64,000 bases of DNA from Clostridia bacterium (GTDB lineage Bacteria > Bacillota > Limnochordia > DTU080 > RSA5), in assembly GCA_002919235.1 (NCBI GenBank), contig PKEX01000008.1, forward strand, positions 138,530 to 202,529. Reading direction: 5' to 3'. The position numbers were made by a program, and so were the translations under genes. Position 1 is the first letter of the stretch, and every line of letters begins with the position of its first letter. Shown in pieces: positions 10,179 to 19,261 of the stretch. The notes under the pieces were generated by a model. That model was given only the letters and a program-made list of their open reading frames with translations, did no database searches and had not been told where the DNA came from.

Positions 10179-10730
10179 TTACGCGCCCTCTTTCTGTTCA
10201 TCTCCGGCGGGCCGCGCCGGCACGATCACGTAGGTCCCCCCGTCTACGTTGCGGTTGGGGATCACGTGCAGGTTTCCCTCGGCGTCCCGGATGCGGGTCT
10301 TGCGGATGGTCAGTTCCTCCAGCTCGCCTTCGACGCCCCCGGCTTTGACCCACGCGCCTTTCGCAAACTCCTTGTCGCCCAGGAGAAAGATGCCGGCCAA
10401 GAGGTCTTGGGTGATATTGTTAAGGCCCGTGGCCAGGGCCATCGCGATGAGTGCGATGGAACCGCCGAGAGCCAGCGAGAGCTGGCTCAGTTCCATCACG
10501 TTGAACACCGCGGCCAGGGCCAGAACCCACCCGGCAAAGCCCACTACCGAACGGATCATCGTTTGGACGGCCCGGTTCACCCGCGCCAGCCCGGTGGCCG
10601 CGAGGATGGCCCGCTTCGCCAGTTCGATCACCACGTAGGCCACGGCCAGGGTAATCACGGCCGCCGGCAGCTTCTCCACGTACTTCCAGTTGGCCTCAAG
10701 CATCGCGGTGAGATTGCTCATCCCGTCCAT
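10179..10730 (-). CDS. Small-conductance mechanosensitive channel (MscS family)
   Basis: Three TM helices and the conserved pore-helix region GGSIALIAMALATGLNNITQDLLAGIFLL, then a beta domain. Start is taken at MDGMSNL; the exact start is uncertain. Confidence 0.75.
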   Translation of the reverse strand: MDGMSNLTAMLEANWKYVEKLPAAVITLAVAYVVIELAKRAILAATGLARVNRAVQTMIRSVVGFAGWVLALAAVFNVMELSQLSLALGGSIALIAMALATGLNNITQDLLAGIFLLGDKEFAKGAWVKAGGVEGELEELTIRKTRIRDAEGNLHVIPNRNVDGGTYVIVPARPAGDEQKEGA

Positions 10731-10856
10731 AGGCCAGGCGTCACGCTCCCCAAGTGCCGTTTCCCGTGAGATTCGCCCTTCTCTTGCCGCACCCCTCCGC
10801 CCGCCTTCGGCCCGCGGCCGGAAACCGGAGGAAGGGCCGGCTGGCCGGAAAATCAA

Positions 10857-10893
10857 AGGGCGGCTTGCGAGCTCCTCCCGCTCGCAAGCCGCC
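10857..10893 (-). terminator. Intrinsic terminator after nuoN (14-bp perfect stem GGCGGCTTGCGAGC/GCTCGCAAGCCGCC followed by a T-tract on the minus strand)
   Basis: Inverted repeat seen directly. TTTGATTTTC follows the stem on the transcribed strand. Confidence 0.7.
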
Positions 10894-10920
10894 CGGGGAT
10901 GCACCGCGGGTACGATGGCC

Positions 10921-12498
10921 TCACGGCAGAGGCAACACGTACCGGGTCAGCGCCAGGGCCGACTGGGGGAATACCCCCAGGTACAGCGTGCCCAGTGCGG
11001 CGACGGCCAGGACGGCCGCCAGAGCCCACGAGAACGGCGCGCCGGCGCCGGCCGCGGCGCTTTCCGGGCCGTGTGCGGCCGCGGCCGCCTCGCGATACCC
11101 TTCCGTCCCGGAAGCCGCCGCCGGCTCGGCCTTCCGGAACATCTCGGCGGCCACTCGCAGGTAGGCGTAGGCCGAGACACCGGTGGTGACCACCAGCGCG
11201 CCTACCAGCCACCAGGCGGCAGCGCCTGCACCGCTGGCCAGCGCTGCGAGGACCAGGTAGAGCTTGCCTTGGAACCCGGCGGCAGGCGGCATGCCGGCCA
11301 AGGACAGGAGAAAGAGGGTCATTGCCAGCGCCAAGCCGGGCCGCCGGTAGAACAGCCCGGTAAAGTCAGCCAGTTCCTCCCCGTCGCGGCCGCTTCGCCC
11401 GAGGCCGGCCACCACCGCGAAGGCGCCGATGTTCATGAAAAGGTACGCGCCCAGGTAAAACAGGCCGGCCGTCACGCCCCGGTCGGAAAGGCCCAGGAGG
11501 GACATCATCAGGTAGCCCACGTGCGCCACGCCCGAGTAGGCCAGGAGCCGCTTGACGTTGTTCTGCACCGCGGCGCTGAAGCTGCCCACCACCATGCTCA
11601 GCACCGCCAGGATCCACAAGGGAAGGAGAAAGCGGGAAGGCTCCTCCGGCAGCGCCGCGAGAAGGATCCTGACCAGGGCGGCGAAGGACGCCGCCTTGGT
11701 CCCCACGGACATAAAGGCGGTGACCGGCGCCGAGGCCCCCTGGTAGACGTCGGGTGCCCAGAAATGGAACGGTGCCAAGGCCAGCTTGAAGAAGAGCCCG
11801 AAGAGGACCAGGCCCAAACCCACCTTCATCAACACGGTGGAGCCGGAGTGCCAGCCCGCCGCGAGGCCGCTGAGAGCCATGGTGCCGGTCTGCCCGTACA
11901 GCAGCGCAAAACCGTAGACCATCGTCGCCGTCGCGGCGGCACCGAGGATGAGATACTTGAATCCCGCCTCCTGGGCCGTCACTTTCCCCCGCTCGAACGC
12001 CACCGCCACGTACAGGTTGAGGCTGAGGATCTCAAGGCCGAGAAACAGCGTGAAAAAGCTTCCCGCCCCGGCCAGCACCCCCATCCCCAGGGCGGCGCCG
12101 AGGAGCAGCGCGAGGTAGCCCGACTTCTCCTCGTCCCGCCGGGGCGCGCTCATCAGCAGCGCGCAGAGGACCGCGATCAAGACCAGTGCGTGAAAAATCA
12201 AGGTAAACCGGTCGAGCACGTAGTGCCCGCCGAACACCGCGATGCCGGTGCTGAGGCGCCCCAGCGCCCCCGCCCCGACCACGCTGGCCGCCGGGCCCGC
12301 GGCGGGCCCCCACCAGAGCTGGTACGTGTAAAGGAGCGCCACCAAGACCCCGCCCACGCCCGCGGCGTACAGCCACGGCCGCGACCGGTCCGCAGGGAGG
12401 ACGAGGTCCAGGATGAGCACCAGGAGCGCCGCCACCGCCAAGGTGATCAGCGGCGCCACGGCCATGAAGTTGAGGTCAACGGTTGCCAGGTTTGACAT
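10921..12498 (-). CDS. nuoN: NADH-quinone oxidoreductase subunit N
   Basis: LEILSLNLY, EAGFKYLILG and KLALAPFHFWAPDVYQGASAPVTAF motifs match Nqo14/NuoN rather than NuoM. ATG at 12498 follows GGAGG. About 60 aa of Ala-rich C-terminal extension. Confidence 0.85.
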   Translation of the reverse strand: MSNLATVDLNFMAVAPLITLAVAALLVLILDLVLPADRSRPWLYAAGVGGVLVALLYTYQLWWGPAAGPAASVVGAGALGRLSTGIAVFGGHYVLDRFTLIFHALVLIAVLCALLMSAPRRDEEKSGYLALLLGAALGMGVLAGAGSFFTLFLGLEILSLNLYVAVAFERGKVTAQEAGFKYLILGAAATATMVYGFALLYGQTGTMALSGLAAGWHSGSTVLMKVGLGLVLFGLFFKLALAPFHFWAPDVYQGASAPVTAFMSVGTKAASFAALVRILLAALPEEPSRFLLPLWILAVLSMVVGSFSAAVQNNVKRLLAYSGVAHVGYLMMSLLGLSDRGVTAGLFYLGAYLFMNIGAFAVVAGLGRSGRDGEELADFTGLFYRRPGLALAMTLFLLSLAGMPPAAGFQGKLYLVLAALASGAGAAAWWLVGALVVTTGVSAYAYLRVAAEMFRKAEPAAASGTEGYREAAAAAHGPESAAAGAGAPFSWALAAVLAVAALGTLYLGVFPQSALALTRYVLPLP

Positions 12499-12575
12499 GG
12501 AGACGCCTCCATTCCCCCGCCCTCGCCGCGCGCCGGTGCCGCCCGGCAAAGGCGCAAAGCAGCCTCGTCCGTTGT

Positions 12576-14447
12576 TTAGATCAAGAGGAAGTAGATCATG
12601 AAGACGGCGACACCGGCGAACAGCACCAGCGTATAGCGGCGCACGTACCCGCCGTGCAGCCGCCCGAGACCCTGCGCGATGCGCCGGACCCCGCCGGCCA
12701 CCCCGTTCACCAGCCCGTCGATGACGTGCGGCTCAAGCCCGTTGCCCACCACGTAGCTGGTGCCCACCACCAGGCCGCCGATGCCCTTCTGGTAGACATC
12801 GTCGATATAGAACGCGTTTGCCAGCGCTCCCCGCAGGGGTGAGCCCGCCGTGGCCAGCAGCTCCTGCCGTCCCGCACCGCGTGGGCCGAAGGCCCTCACC
12901 GCCAAGAGCGCGCCGGCGGCCGCCGCGGCCAGGACCACCGCCACCGGCCAGCCGATCCCCCCGTGGGGCACGTGATAGCCGTAGGCCAGGAACGCCGGCT
13001 CCAGGAACTGGGCGGGCACCGCCGTCACCCCCGGGATGGCGATGAGACCCGACACCGTGGAGAGCAGCGCCAAGATCGCGACGGGCAGCTTCATCGCGAG
13101 GCCGCTCTCATGCCCCTCGCCGTGCTCCTCCGCGGGTTCGCCGGCAAAGACCAGGGCGAAGAGCCGGACCATGTAGTACGCGGTAAGCCCCGCGACCAGC
13201 ACGCCGATGAGCCACAAGGCGACGTGGCCTTGGGCCAGGACCGCGCCGAGGATCTCATCCTTGCTGAAAAACCCGGCGAAAGGCGGCGCGCCCGCGATGG
13301 CCAGGACGCCGATGAGGAACGTCCAGTAGGCGAACGGCAGCCGCTTGCCGAGCCCGCCCATCCTCCGGATGTCCTGCTCGCCGTGGAGGTAGTGAGCCAC
13401 CATGCCGGCGCCCAGGAAGAGCAGCGCTTTGAAGAAGGCGTGGGTGAAGAAGTGAAACAGCGACGCCGTGTACGCCCCCACGCCCGCGCCCAGCATCATG
13501 TAGCCCAGCTGGCTCATGGTAGAGTAGGCCAGCACCCGCTTGATGTCCACCTGGCGGGTGGCCACCACGGCGCCCACCAGCGCCGTCAGCCCGCCCACCC
13601 AGGCCACCGCGGCCAGGGCGGCACTGGACGCCTGGTAGATGGGGAACGCCCGCGCCATGAGATAGACGCCCGCCGTCACCATGGTGGCCGCGTGCATCAG
13701 GGCGCTCACCGGCGTGGGGCCCTGCATCGCGTCGGGCAGCCAGGTGAACAGCGGCAGCTGCGCCGACTTGGCCGTGGCGCCCACCAGGAGCAGCAGGCCG
13801 ACGGCGGTCACGATCCCCGCATCCGCCTGTGCGGCCCCGGCGAACACGTCGGCGAAGGCGAGGCTGCGAAATTCCATAAACATGAGCACCAGCGCCAGGA
13901 TGATGCCCACCTCGCCGATGACGTTGAGGAGAAACGCCTTCTTCGCCGCGGCCGCCGCTTCCGGCTTGTAGTTCCAAAAGCCGATGAGCAGGTAGGAAGC
14001 CAAGCCCACGTTGGCCCAGCCGATCAAGAGCCCCACGAAGTTGTCGGCCAGGACCAGAAGGCTCATGGCGAAGACGAAGTAGTTCAGCTTTGCGAAAAAG
14101 CGGCCGACGTCAGGGTCTTCCGCCATGTATTCGGACGCGTACACGTGGATCAAAAAGCCGACCCCAGTCACCACCAGGAGCCACCAGAGCGAGATGGGGT
14201 CGCCCAGAAGGCCGAAGTCGACCTGAAAGCCGCTGCCTTTCGCCCACGTGAACAGCGCCTGCACCAGCGGCGCTCCAGCCTGGCGATAAGCGCCCAGCGC
14301 GGAGAGCGCCACGGCGAAGGAGGCGCCGACCGCCAGGCTCCCCAGGGCCCCGATGAGCCGCGGCGAAAGGTGGTTGCGGCCCAAGGCCAGCACGGCCGCG
14401 CCCGTCAGCGGAAAGAGCAAGATCCAAACCAGTGCCGTCGTTTCCAA
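12576..14447 (-). CDS. nuoL: NADH-quinone oxidoreductase subunit L
   Basis: 623 aa, with GWANVGLASYLLIGFW, KAFLLNVIGEVG and HAFFKALLFLGAGMVAHYLHGEQDIRRMGGL signatures. Confidence 0.9.
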   Translation of the reverse strand: METTALVWILLFPLTGAAVLALGRNHLSPRLIGALGSLAVGASFAVALSALGAYRQAGAPLVQALFTWAKGSGFQVDFGLLGDPISLWWLLVVTGVGFLIHVYASEYMAEDPDVGRFFAKLNYFVFAMSLLVLADNFVGLLIGWANVGLASYLLIGFWNYKPEAAAAAKKAFLLNVIGEVGIILALVLMFMEFRSLAFADVFAGAAQADAGIVTAVGLLLLVGATAKSAQLPLFTWLPDAMQGPTPVSALMHAATMVTAGVYLMARAFPIYQASSAALAAVAWVGGLTALVGAVVATRQVDIKRVLAYSTMSQLGYMMLGAGVGAYTASLFHFFTHAFFKALLFLGAGMVAHYLHGEQDIRRMGGLGKRLPFAYWTFLIGVLAIAGAPPFAGFFSKDEILGAVLAQGHVALWLIGVLVAGLTAYYMVRLFALVFAGEPAEEHGEGHESGLAMKLPVAILALLSTVSGLIAIPGVTAVPAQFLEPAFLAYGYHVPHGGIGWPVAVVLAAAAAGALLAVRAFGPRGAGRQELLATAGSPLRGALANAFYIDDVYQKGIGGLVVGTSYVVGNGLEPHVIDGLVNGVAGGVRRIAQGLGRLHGGYVRRYTLVLFAGVAVFMIYFLLI

Positions 14448-14484
14448 AGGGCCTCGACTCCTTCAGCTTGTCGGAGGATCCAGG

Positions 14485-14793
14485 TCAGCCTCGCAACGTG
14501 TTGACGTCGTCCACGTCTGCCGCGTCCCGTTCCCGGAAAAGCAGCACGATGATGGCCAGCCCGATGGCCACCTCCGCCGCCGCCACGGTGATGACCAGGA
14601 ACGTGAAGATGTGCCCTTCCATGTTGCCCAGATGCCGGGCGAACGCGACGAAAGCCAAGTTGGCCGCGTTGAGCATGATCTCCACGCACATCAACATCAC
14701 CAACGGGCTCCGGCGGAGCATCAGCCCGGCGGCCCCGATGACAAACAAAATCCCCGAAAGCGCCAGGTAAGCTTGAACCATGTCCCCGATCAA
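14485..14793 (-). CDS. nuoK: NADH-quinone oxidoreductase subunit K
   Basis: About 100 aa and 3 TM helices, with the conserved Glu (EIMLNAANLAFVAF). Confidence 0.9.
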   Translation of the reverse strand: MIGDMVQAYLALSGILFVIGAAGLMLRRSPLVMLMCVEIMLNAANLAFVAFARHLGNMEGHIFTFLVITVAAAEVAIGLAIIVLLFRERDAADVDDVNTLRG

Positions 14794-14807
14794 CCCGTAT
14801 CCGCCCC

Positions 14808-15317
14808 TTACAGCTGCCGCCGCCCCACCAGGACGACGACGCCGATCACCGCGGCCAGCAGCACGAAGGCCGTCAGCTCAAACGAGAAAATGTGCGTCGT
14901 AAGCAGCTCCCGCCCGAAGGCGGCCGCCGACCCGAAACCGGAGGGAAGCGCTTCGTTGGCCGGCATCCGGCCGAGTCCCGCCGACGCGGCCACGGCGATC
15001 ATGAGGACGGCGCCCCCCACCGCCGTCACCAGGCCCAGCTCCCTCTGGCCCTCCAGCTTGCCCTCGGTCCGCTCGATGGGATCCTTCCTCGCCGTGAGCA
15101 GCGCGATGACGAAGAGGAAGAGGATCATGATCGCGCCGGCGTAGACGATCACCTGGATCAAGGCCAGGAACTCCGCGTGCAGCGCCAGGTAGAGCGCCGC
15201 CAGGGCCAGGATATTCACCACCAGCGAGATGACGCTGTGCACCGGGGTCTTCGCGACGATGACCCCCAGCGCGCCCGCCACCGCGAGAATTCCTGCAATC
15301 CAAAAGACCGCCGTCAC
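14808..15317 (-). CDS. nuoJ: NADH-quinone oxidoreductase subunit J
   Basis: GTG start overlaps the nuoI stop (GTGA). Sequence VTAVFWIAGILAVAGALGVIVAK... Confidence 0.85.
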   Translation of the reverse strand: MTAVFWIAGILAVAGALGVIVAKTPVHSVISLVVNILALAALYLALHAEFLALIQVIVYAGAIMILFLFVIALLTARKDPIERTEGKLEGQRELGLVTAVGGAVLMIAVAASAGLGRMPANEALPSGFGSAAAFGRELLTTHIFSFELTAFVLLAAVIGVVVLVGRRQL

Positions 15318-15802
15318 AGGGCATCCACCGCCTTCCGCCCCCGGTATTCGGGGTAGACGTGCTCGGGCACCCGGTACGTGCTGGGCACCTTGCTCACGAG
15401 CCGGTCGCGCCCGTAGATCAAGGCCTCCCGGGTGAAGTCGGCGAGCTCGAACTCCTGCGTGAGGTGAAGCGCCTCGGTGGGGCACGCCTCTTCGCAGAGG
15501 CCGCAGAAGATGCACCGGAGCATGTCGATCTCGTAGACGTAGGCGTACCGCTCACCCGGCGAGTGCGGGTTCTCCGGGTCGTTTTCCGCCGCCATCACCG
15601 TGATGGCCGCGGCCGGGCACGCCGCTTGGCAGAGCTCGCACCCGATGCACATCTCCAGGCCGTTGTCGTAACGCCGCAGCTCGTGCAAGCCGCGGAAACG
15701 GGCGCTCCGCGGTTTCTTCTTGTCGGGATATTCGATGGTCGACTTCTCGCGAAAGAGCATGCGCAGGGTGGTGCCCATGCCCTTGACGATACCTCTGATC
15801 AT
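15314..15802 (-). CDS. nuoI: NADH-quinone oxidoreductase subunit I (2x[4Fe-4S] ferredoxin)
   Basis: CIGCELCQAACP and CIFCGLCEEACP cluster motifs. Confidence 0.92.
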   Translation of the reverse strand: MIRGIVKGMGTTLRMLFREKSTIEYPDKKKPRSARFRGLHELRRYDNGLEMCIGCELCQAACPAAAITVMAAENDPENPHSPGERYAYVYEIDMLRCIFCGLCEEACPTEALHLTQEFELADFTREALIYGRDRLVSKVPSTYRVPEHVYPEYRGRKAVDAL

Positions 15803-15900
15803 CGCGCTCCACCCCTCGTGATCAAGCCGTCCCTGCCGGCCTCTTGAACGCCGGCCCCGCGCGCCGTGTCACAGGCTCGCCGCCCCCGGGCCGGTTCCCC

Positions 15901-16881
15901 TCAGAACAGGGAGACGGCGGCTGCCGTGATCACCAGGTTGGCCAAGGCGACGGGAAGCATCACCTTCCAACCGAAACTCATCAGCCTGTCGTAACGCAGC
16001 CTGGGCATCGTGGCCCGTACCCAGATGAAGATGAAGATGAACAGCGTCACCTTCAGCGCGAACCAGACGATCCCCGGCAGGAAGGAAGGCCCGTTCCAAC
16101 CGCCGAGATACAGCAGGGCCGCCAGCGCCGACATGGTGATCATGTTGATGTACTCCGCGATCATGAACATGCCGAAGCGCATGCCGGAGTACTCCGTGCT
16201 GTAGCCCGAGACCAGCTCGGTCTCGGCTTCCGGCAGGTCGAACGGGACCCGGTTGGTCTCCGCGAACATGCTGATGAAGAAGATCAGGAATCCCACGGGG
16301 TTGAGCAGCACGAACCAGACCCGCTCCTGCGCCTGGACGATGTCGTACAGGTTGAGCGAGCCGGCCAGGATCAAGACGCCGATGATGCTCAGGCCCAGCG
16401 ACAGCTCGTAGCTGATCATCTGTGCCGTCGAGCGCAAGGCGCCCAGGAGCGAGTACTTGCTCTGCGAAGCCCAGCCGCCCAGGGTGATGCCGTACACCCC
16501 CAGCGACGTGGTGGCGAACAGGAGCAGTACGCCGGCGTTGGGATTCACGATCGAAAGCTCGATGGTCCGTCCGAAAAGCTCGATGGGCGGGCCCACCGGG
16601 ATGCTGGCGAAGGCCGCCAGGGCCACGAACAAGCTGGCGATGGGCGCGAGCTTGTAGGTGATCCGGTCGGCCTCCCGCGGGATGATGTCCTCTTTGATGA
16701 TGATCTTCACCGCGTCGGCCACCGGCTGGAGAAGCCCCCACGGCCCTGTCCGGTTGGGGCCCAGCCGCAGCTGGAAGTAGCCGAGGAATTTCCGCTCAAA
16801 CAGCATCAAGAACGCGAAGATGGAGAGCAGGACCACGATCCAGACGATGGACTTGAGAAGGAGCAGCAATACCATCTCCAC
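15901..16881 (-). CDS. nuoH: NADH-quinone oxidoreductase subunit H
   Basis: FERKFLGYFQLRLGPNRTGPWGLLQPVADAVK, then 8 TM helices. Confidence 0.92.
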   Translation of the reverse strand: MEMVLLLLLKSIVWIVVLLSIFAFLMLFERKFLGYFQLRLGPNRTGPWGLLQPVADAVKIIIKEDIIPREADRITYKLAPIASLFVALAAFASIPVGPPIELFGRTIELSIVNPNAGVLLLFATTSLGVYGITLGGWASQSKYSLLGALRSTAQMISYELSLGLSIIGVLILAGSLNLYDIVQAQERVWFVLLNPVGFLIFFISMFAETNRVPFDLPEAETELVSGYSTEYSGMRFGMFMIAEYINMITMSALAALLYLGGWNGPSFLPGIVWFALKVTLFIFIFIWVRATMPRLRYDRLMSFGWKVMLPVALANLVITAAAVSLF

Positions 16882-16882
16882 C

Positions 16883-19261
16883 TCAGCTCACCTCCTCGGC
16901 CACCGGCTTCAAAACGGTGACGGCCACCCGGGCTCCCTTGGCGAACGCGTTGGCCGGGGCCTCGAAGAGCCCTTTGGGCACCTGCACCGTGCCGGCCACC
17001 ACCGACCGGTCCACCGCCGCCTCGTACCGCTGGCTCACGCCGCCCGCCGCGAGCTCCACCGCGGCGCCGGCGGCGATGCCCAGCCGCGCCGCATCCTCCG
17101 GATGGAAGCGGGCCTCTGCCTTGGGACGGGCCCGGCGGAATTCCGCGTCGAAGTAGGCCGTTCCACCGCCGGCGTAGAGCCGCTCCACCGGCACCAGGAC
17201 CAGGCCTTCGCCCTCCGCCGCCGGCGCCGGCTCCTCCTCCCCTTCGCCGGCCAGCATCTCGGCAGGGGCCGCGGCCAGCCGGCCGTCCTGCGCGCCCGCG
17301 AGGTGCTGCATCTCCCATGCCAGCTCCTGGTCGGACGCATAAAGCCGCACGCCCATGGCCTGGGCCAGCCGCGCGAAGATCTCCCTGTCGGAGAGGGCGT
17401 CGCCCTCGGCTTCCATCGCCTGCTCCACCGCTTGCACGGTGCCGTCCATGGCCGTATACCGCCCCGACTTCTCCGGGAACGCCGCCGCGGGCAGCACCAC
17501 GTCGGCGTGCTTCGCCGTCTCGGTCAGGAAGAGGTCCTGCACCACCAAGAACGGCACCTTGGAGAGAGCCTGCTCCACCAGCTGCCGGTCGGGGAAGGTG
17601 GCCATCAGGTTGGCGCTCACCAGGTACAGCGCCTCCAGCCGGCCGGCGGCCGCCCGCTGCAGCATCCTCGCGGTGTCGAGGCCGGCGCCCTCCGGCAGCG
17701 CGACCTGCCAGGCCTGCTCCACCAGGCGGCGGGCCCCCTCGTGCAGGACAGGGGCGTATCCCGGCAGCCTTTCGGGGTGTACGCCCATGGCCTCGGCGCC
17801 CCAGGCGTTGGCCTGTTCGCCCGCGATGAGCAGGCTCACCTCGGAGCCGGCCTCCTTGAGGCGCCGCAGGAGCGCCGCTAGGGCAGCGCCCACGGCCCGG
17901 CCGCGGCCGCTCCAGAGGACCACCACCCGGGAACGCCCTCTGTAGAGCTCAAACAGCTCCTCCGAAGCCAGAACCCGGGGAATCTCCTCTTCCCGCGCGG
18001 GAAACGCCTTGAACTCCGGCCGGTACGTGGGCATGGCGGGACCCACCGCCGCGAGGAGCGCCCGCCCCCGCCCGGCCGCCCGGCGGATCCGCAGGTCGAC
18101 CACGGGGATCCGCTCCGCCGGCAGGAGGTCCACCAGCAAGATGCCGCTGGCCTGGCTGATGTCGGAGATGCGCCCGGGAAATTCCCGGCTCGAGGCGATG
18201 TACTGCTCGCCCACCCGCCAGTCCACGTTGGGACTGCCGAAGACCGCCCGCACCAGCTTTTGGAACAGGTACGCCTCCTCGTTGGTGAGACGGCCGCCGC
18301 CGATAGCACCGATCGCGGCGCCGCCGCGGTCCCGCCGGACCTGCCGGAGGCGCCGGGCGATCTCGGCGAAGGCCTCCTCCCACGAGACCTCTACGAACGC
18401 ACCGTCCTTCTTGACCAAAGGCCGGCGCAGCCGCTCCTCGCCGTGGACGTAGCGGTAGTTGAACCGGCCCCGGTCGCAGAGCCAACCGCCGTCCAGCTCC
18501 GGATTGTCCCGGCTGATCACCCTCAGCAGCTCGCCGAAGCGGAAATCCAGGTACACGTTGCAGCCGGCCGGGCAGCCCGTGCAGACGAACGGCACCCGCG
18601 CAAGGTCCCAGGGCCGCGCTTTGAAGCGATAGATGTCGGACGTCAGGGCGCCCACCGGGCACAGCTCGATGGTGTTTCCCGAGAAATACGAGTTGAAGGG
18701 CGCTCCGTCCGCCGTGGTCACCCGGTTCTCGTGAGCCCGCTGGGTGATGACCAGATGGTCTTCCTGGGTGATCTCGTGATCGAAGCGAGTGCACCGCCGG
18801 CACAGGATGCACCGCTCCTGGTCGAAGACGATGAAGTTGCCCAGGTCCACCGCTTTGGGCTTGCGCACCTTGGGATCGAGGGAGCGCCCCTGCGGCGGCC
18901 CATAGCGGAACGTCTGATCCTGCAGGGGGCACTCGCCGCCCTTGTCGCAGATGGGGCAGTCCAGCGGGTGATTCAGCAGGAGGAACTCGATGACCCCCCG
19001 CTGCAGGCGCTGCACCACCGGGGTGTCCGTCCGCACCACCATCCCGTCGGCCACTGGCGTGGTGCAGGCCGGCACCGGCTTGCGCTGCCCCTCCACTTCC
19101 ACCAGGCACATCCGGCACACGCCTACCGGGTCCAGCTTGGGATGGTAACAGAAGACGGGAATGTCAATCCCCGCGTACTTCGCGGCCTCGACCAGCAGCA
19201 TCCCCTTGGGCACCTGGGCTTGCCGCCCGTTGACCGTGATGGTGACCATCTCTTGACTCAC
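16883..19261 (-). CDS. nuoG: NADH-quinone oxidoreductase subunit G (Fe-S and molybdopterin-like domains)
   Basis: N-terminal 2Fe-2S/4Fe-4S Cys motifs (CYHPKL...CRMCLVEV, HPLDCPICDKGGECPLQ, CILCRRCTRF). 792 aa. 4-nt overlap with nuoF. Confidence 0.9.
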   Translation of the reverse strand: MSQEMVTITVNGRQAQVPKGMLLVEAAKYAGIDIPVFCYHPKLDPVGVCRMCLVEVEGQRKPVPACTTPVADGMVVRTDTPVVQRLQRGVIEFLLLNHPLDCPICDKGGECPLQDQTFRYGPPQGRSLDPKVRKPKAVDLGNFIVFDQERCILCRRCTRFDHEITQEDHLVITQRAHENRVTTADGAPFNSYFSGNTIELCPVGALTSDIYRFKARPWDLARVPFVCTGCPAGCNVYLDFRFGELLRVISRDNPELDGGWLCDRGRFNYRYVHGEERLRRPLVKKDGAFVEVSWEEAFAEIARRLRQVRRDRGGAAIGAIGGGRLTNEEAYLFQKLVRAVFGSPNVDWRVGEQYIASSREFPGRISDISQASGILLVDLLPAERIPVVDLRIRRAAGRGRALLAAVGPAMPTYRPEFKAFPAREEEIPRVLASEELFELYRGRSRVVVLWSGRGRAVGAALAALLRRLKEAGSEVSLLIAGEQANAWGAEAMGVHPERLPGYAPVLHEGARRLVEQAWQVALPEGAGLDTARMLQRAAAGRLEALYLVSANLMATFPDRQLVEQALSKVPFLVVQDLFLTETAKHADVVLPAAAFPEKSGRYTAMDGTVQAVEQAMEAEGDALSDREIFARLAQAMGVRLYASDQELAWEMQHLAGAQDGRLAAAPAEMLAGEGEEEPAPAAEGEGLVLVPVERLYAGGGTAYFDAEFRRARPKAEARFHPEDAARLGIAAGAAVELAAGGVSQRYEAAVDRSVVAGTVQVPKGLFEAPANAFAKGARVAVTVLKPVAEEVS

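Noticed and set aside
10921-12498. Possibility that the 526-aa antiporter-like subunit is NuoM, not NuoN
   Set aside because: Its motifs (LEILSLNLY, KYLILG, FHFWAPDVYQGASAPVTAF) align best with NuoN/Nqo14. This is kept as a caveat in the nuoM-absence finding.
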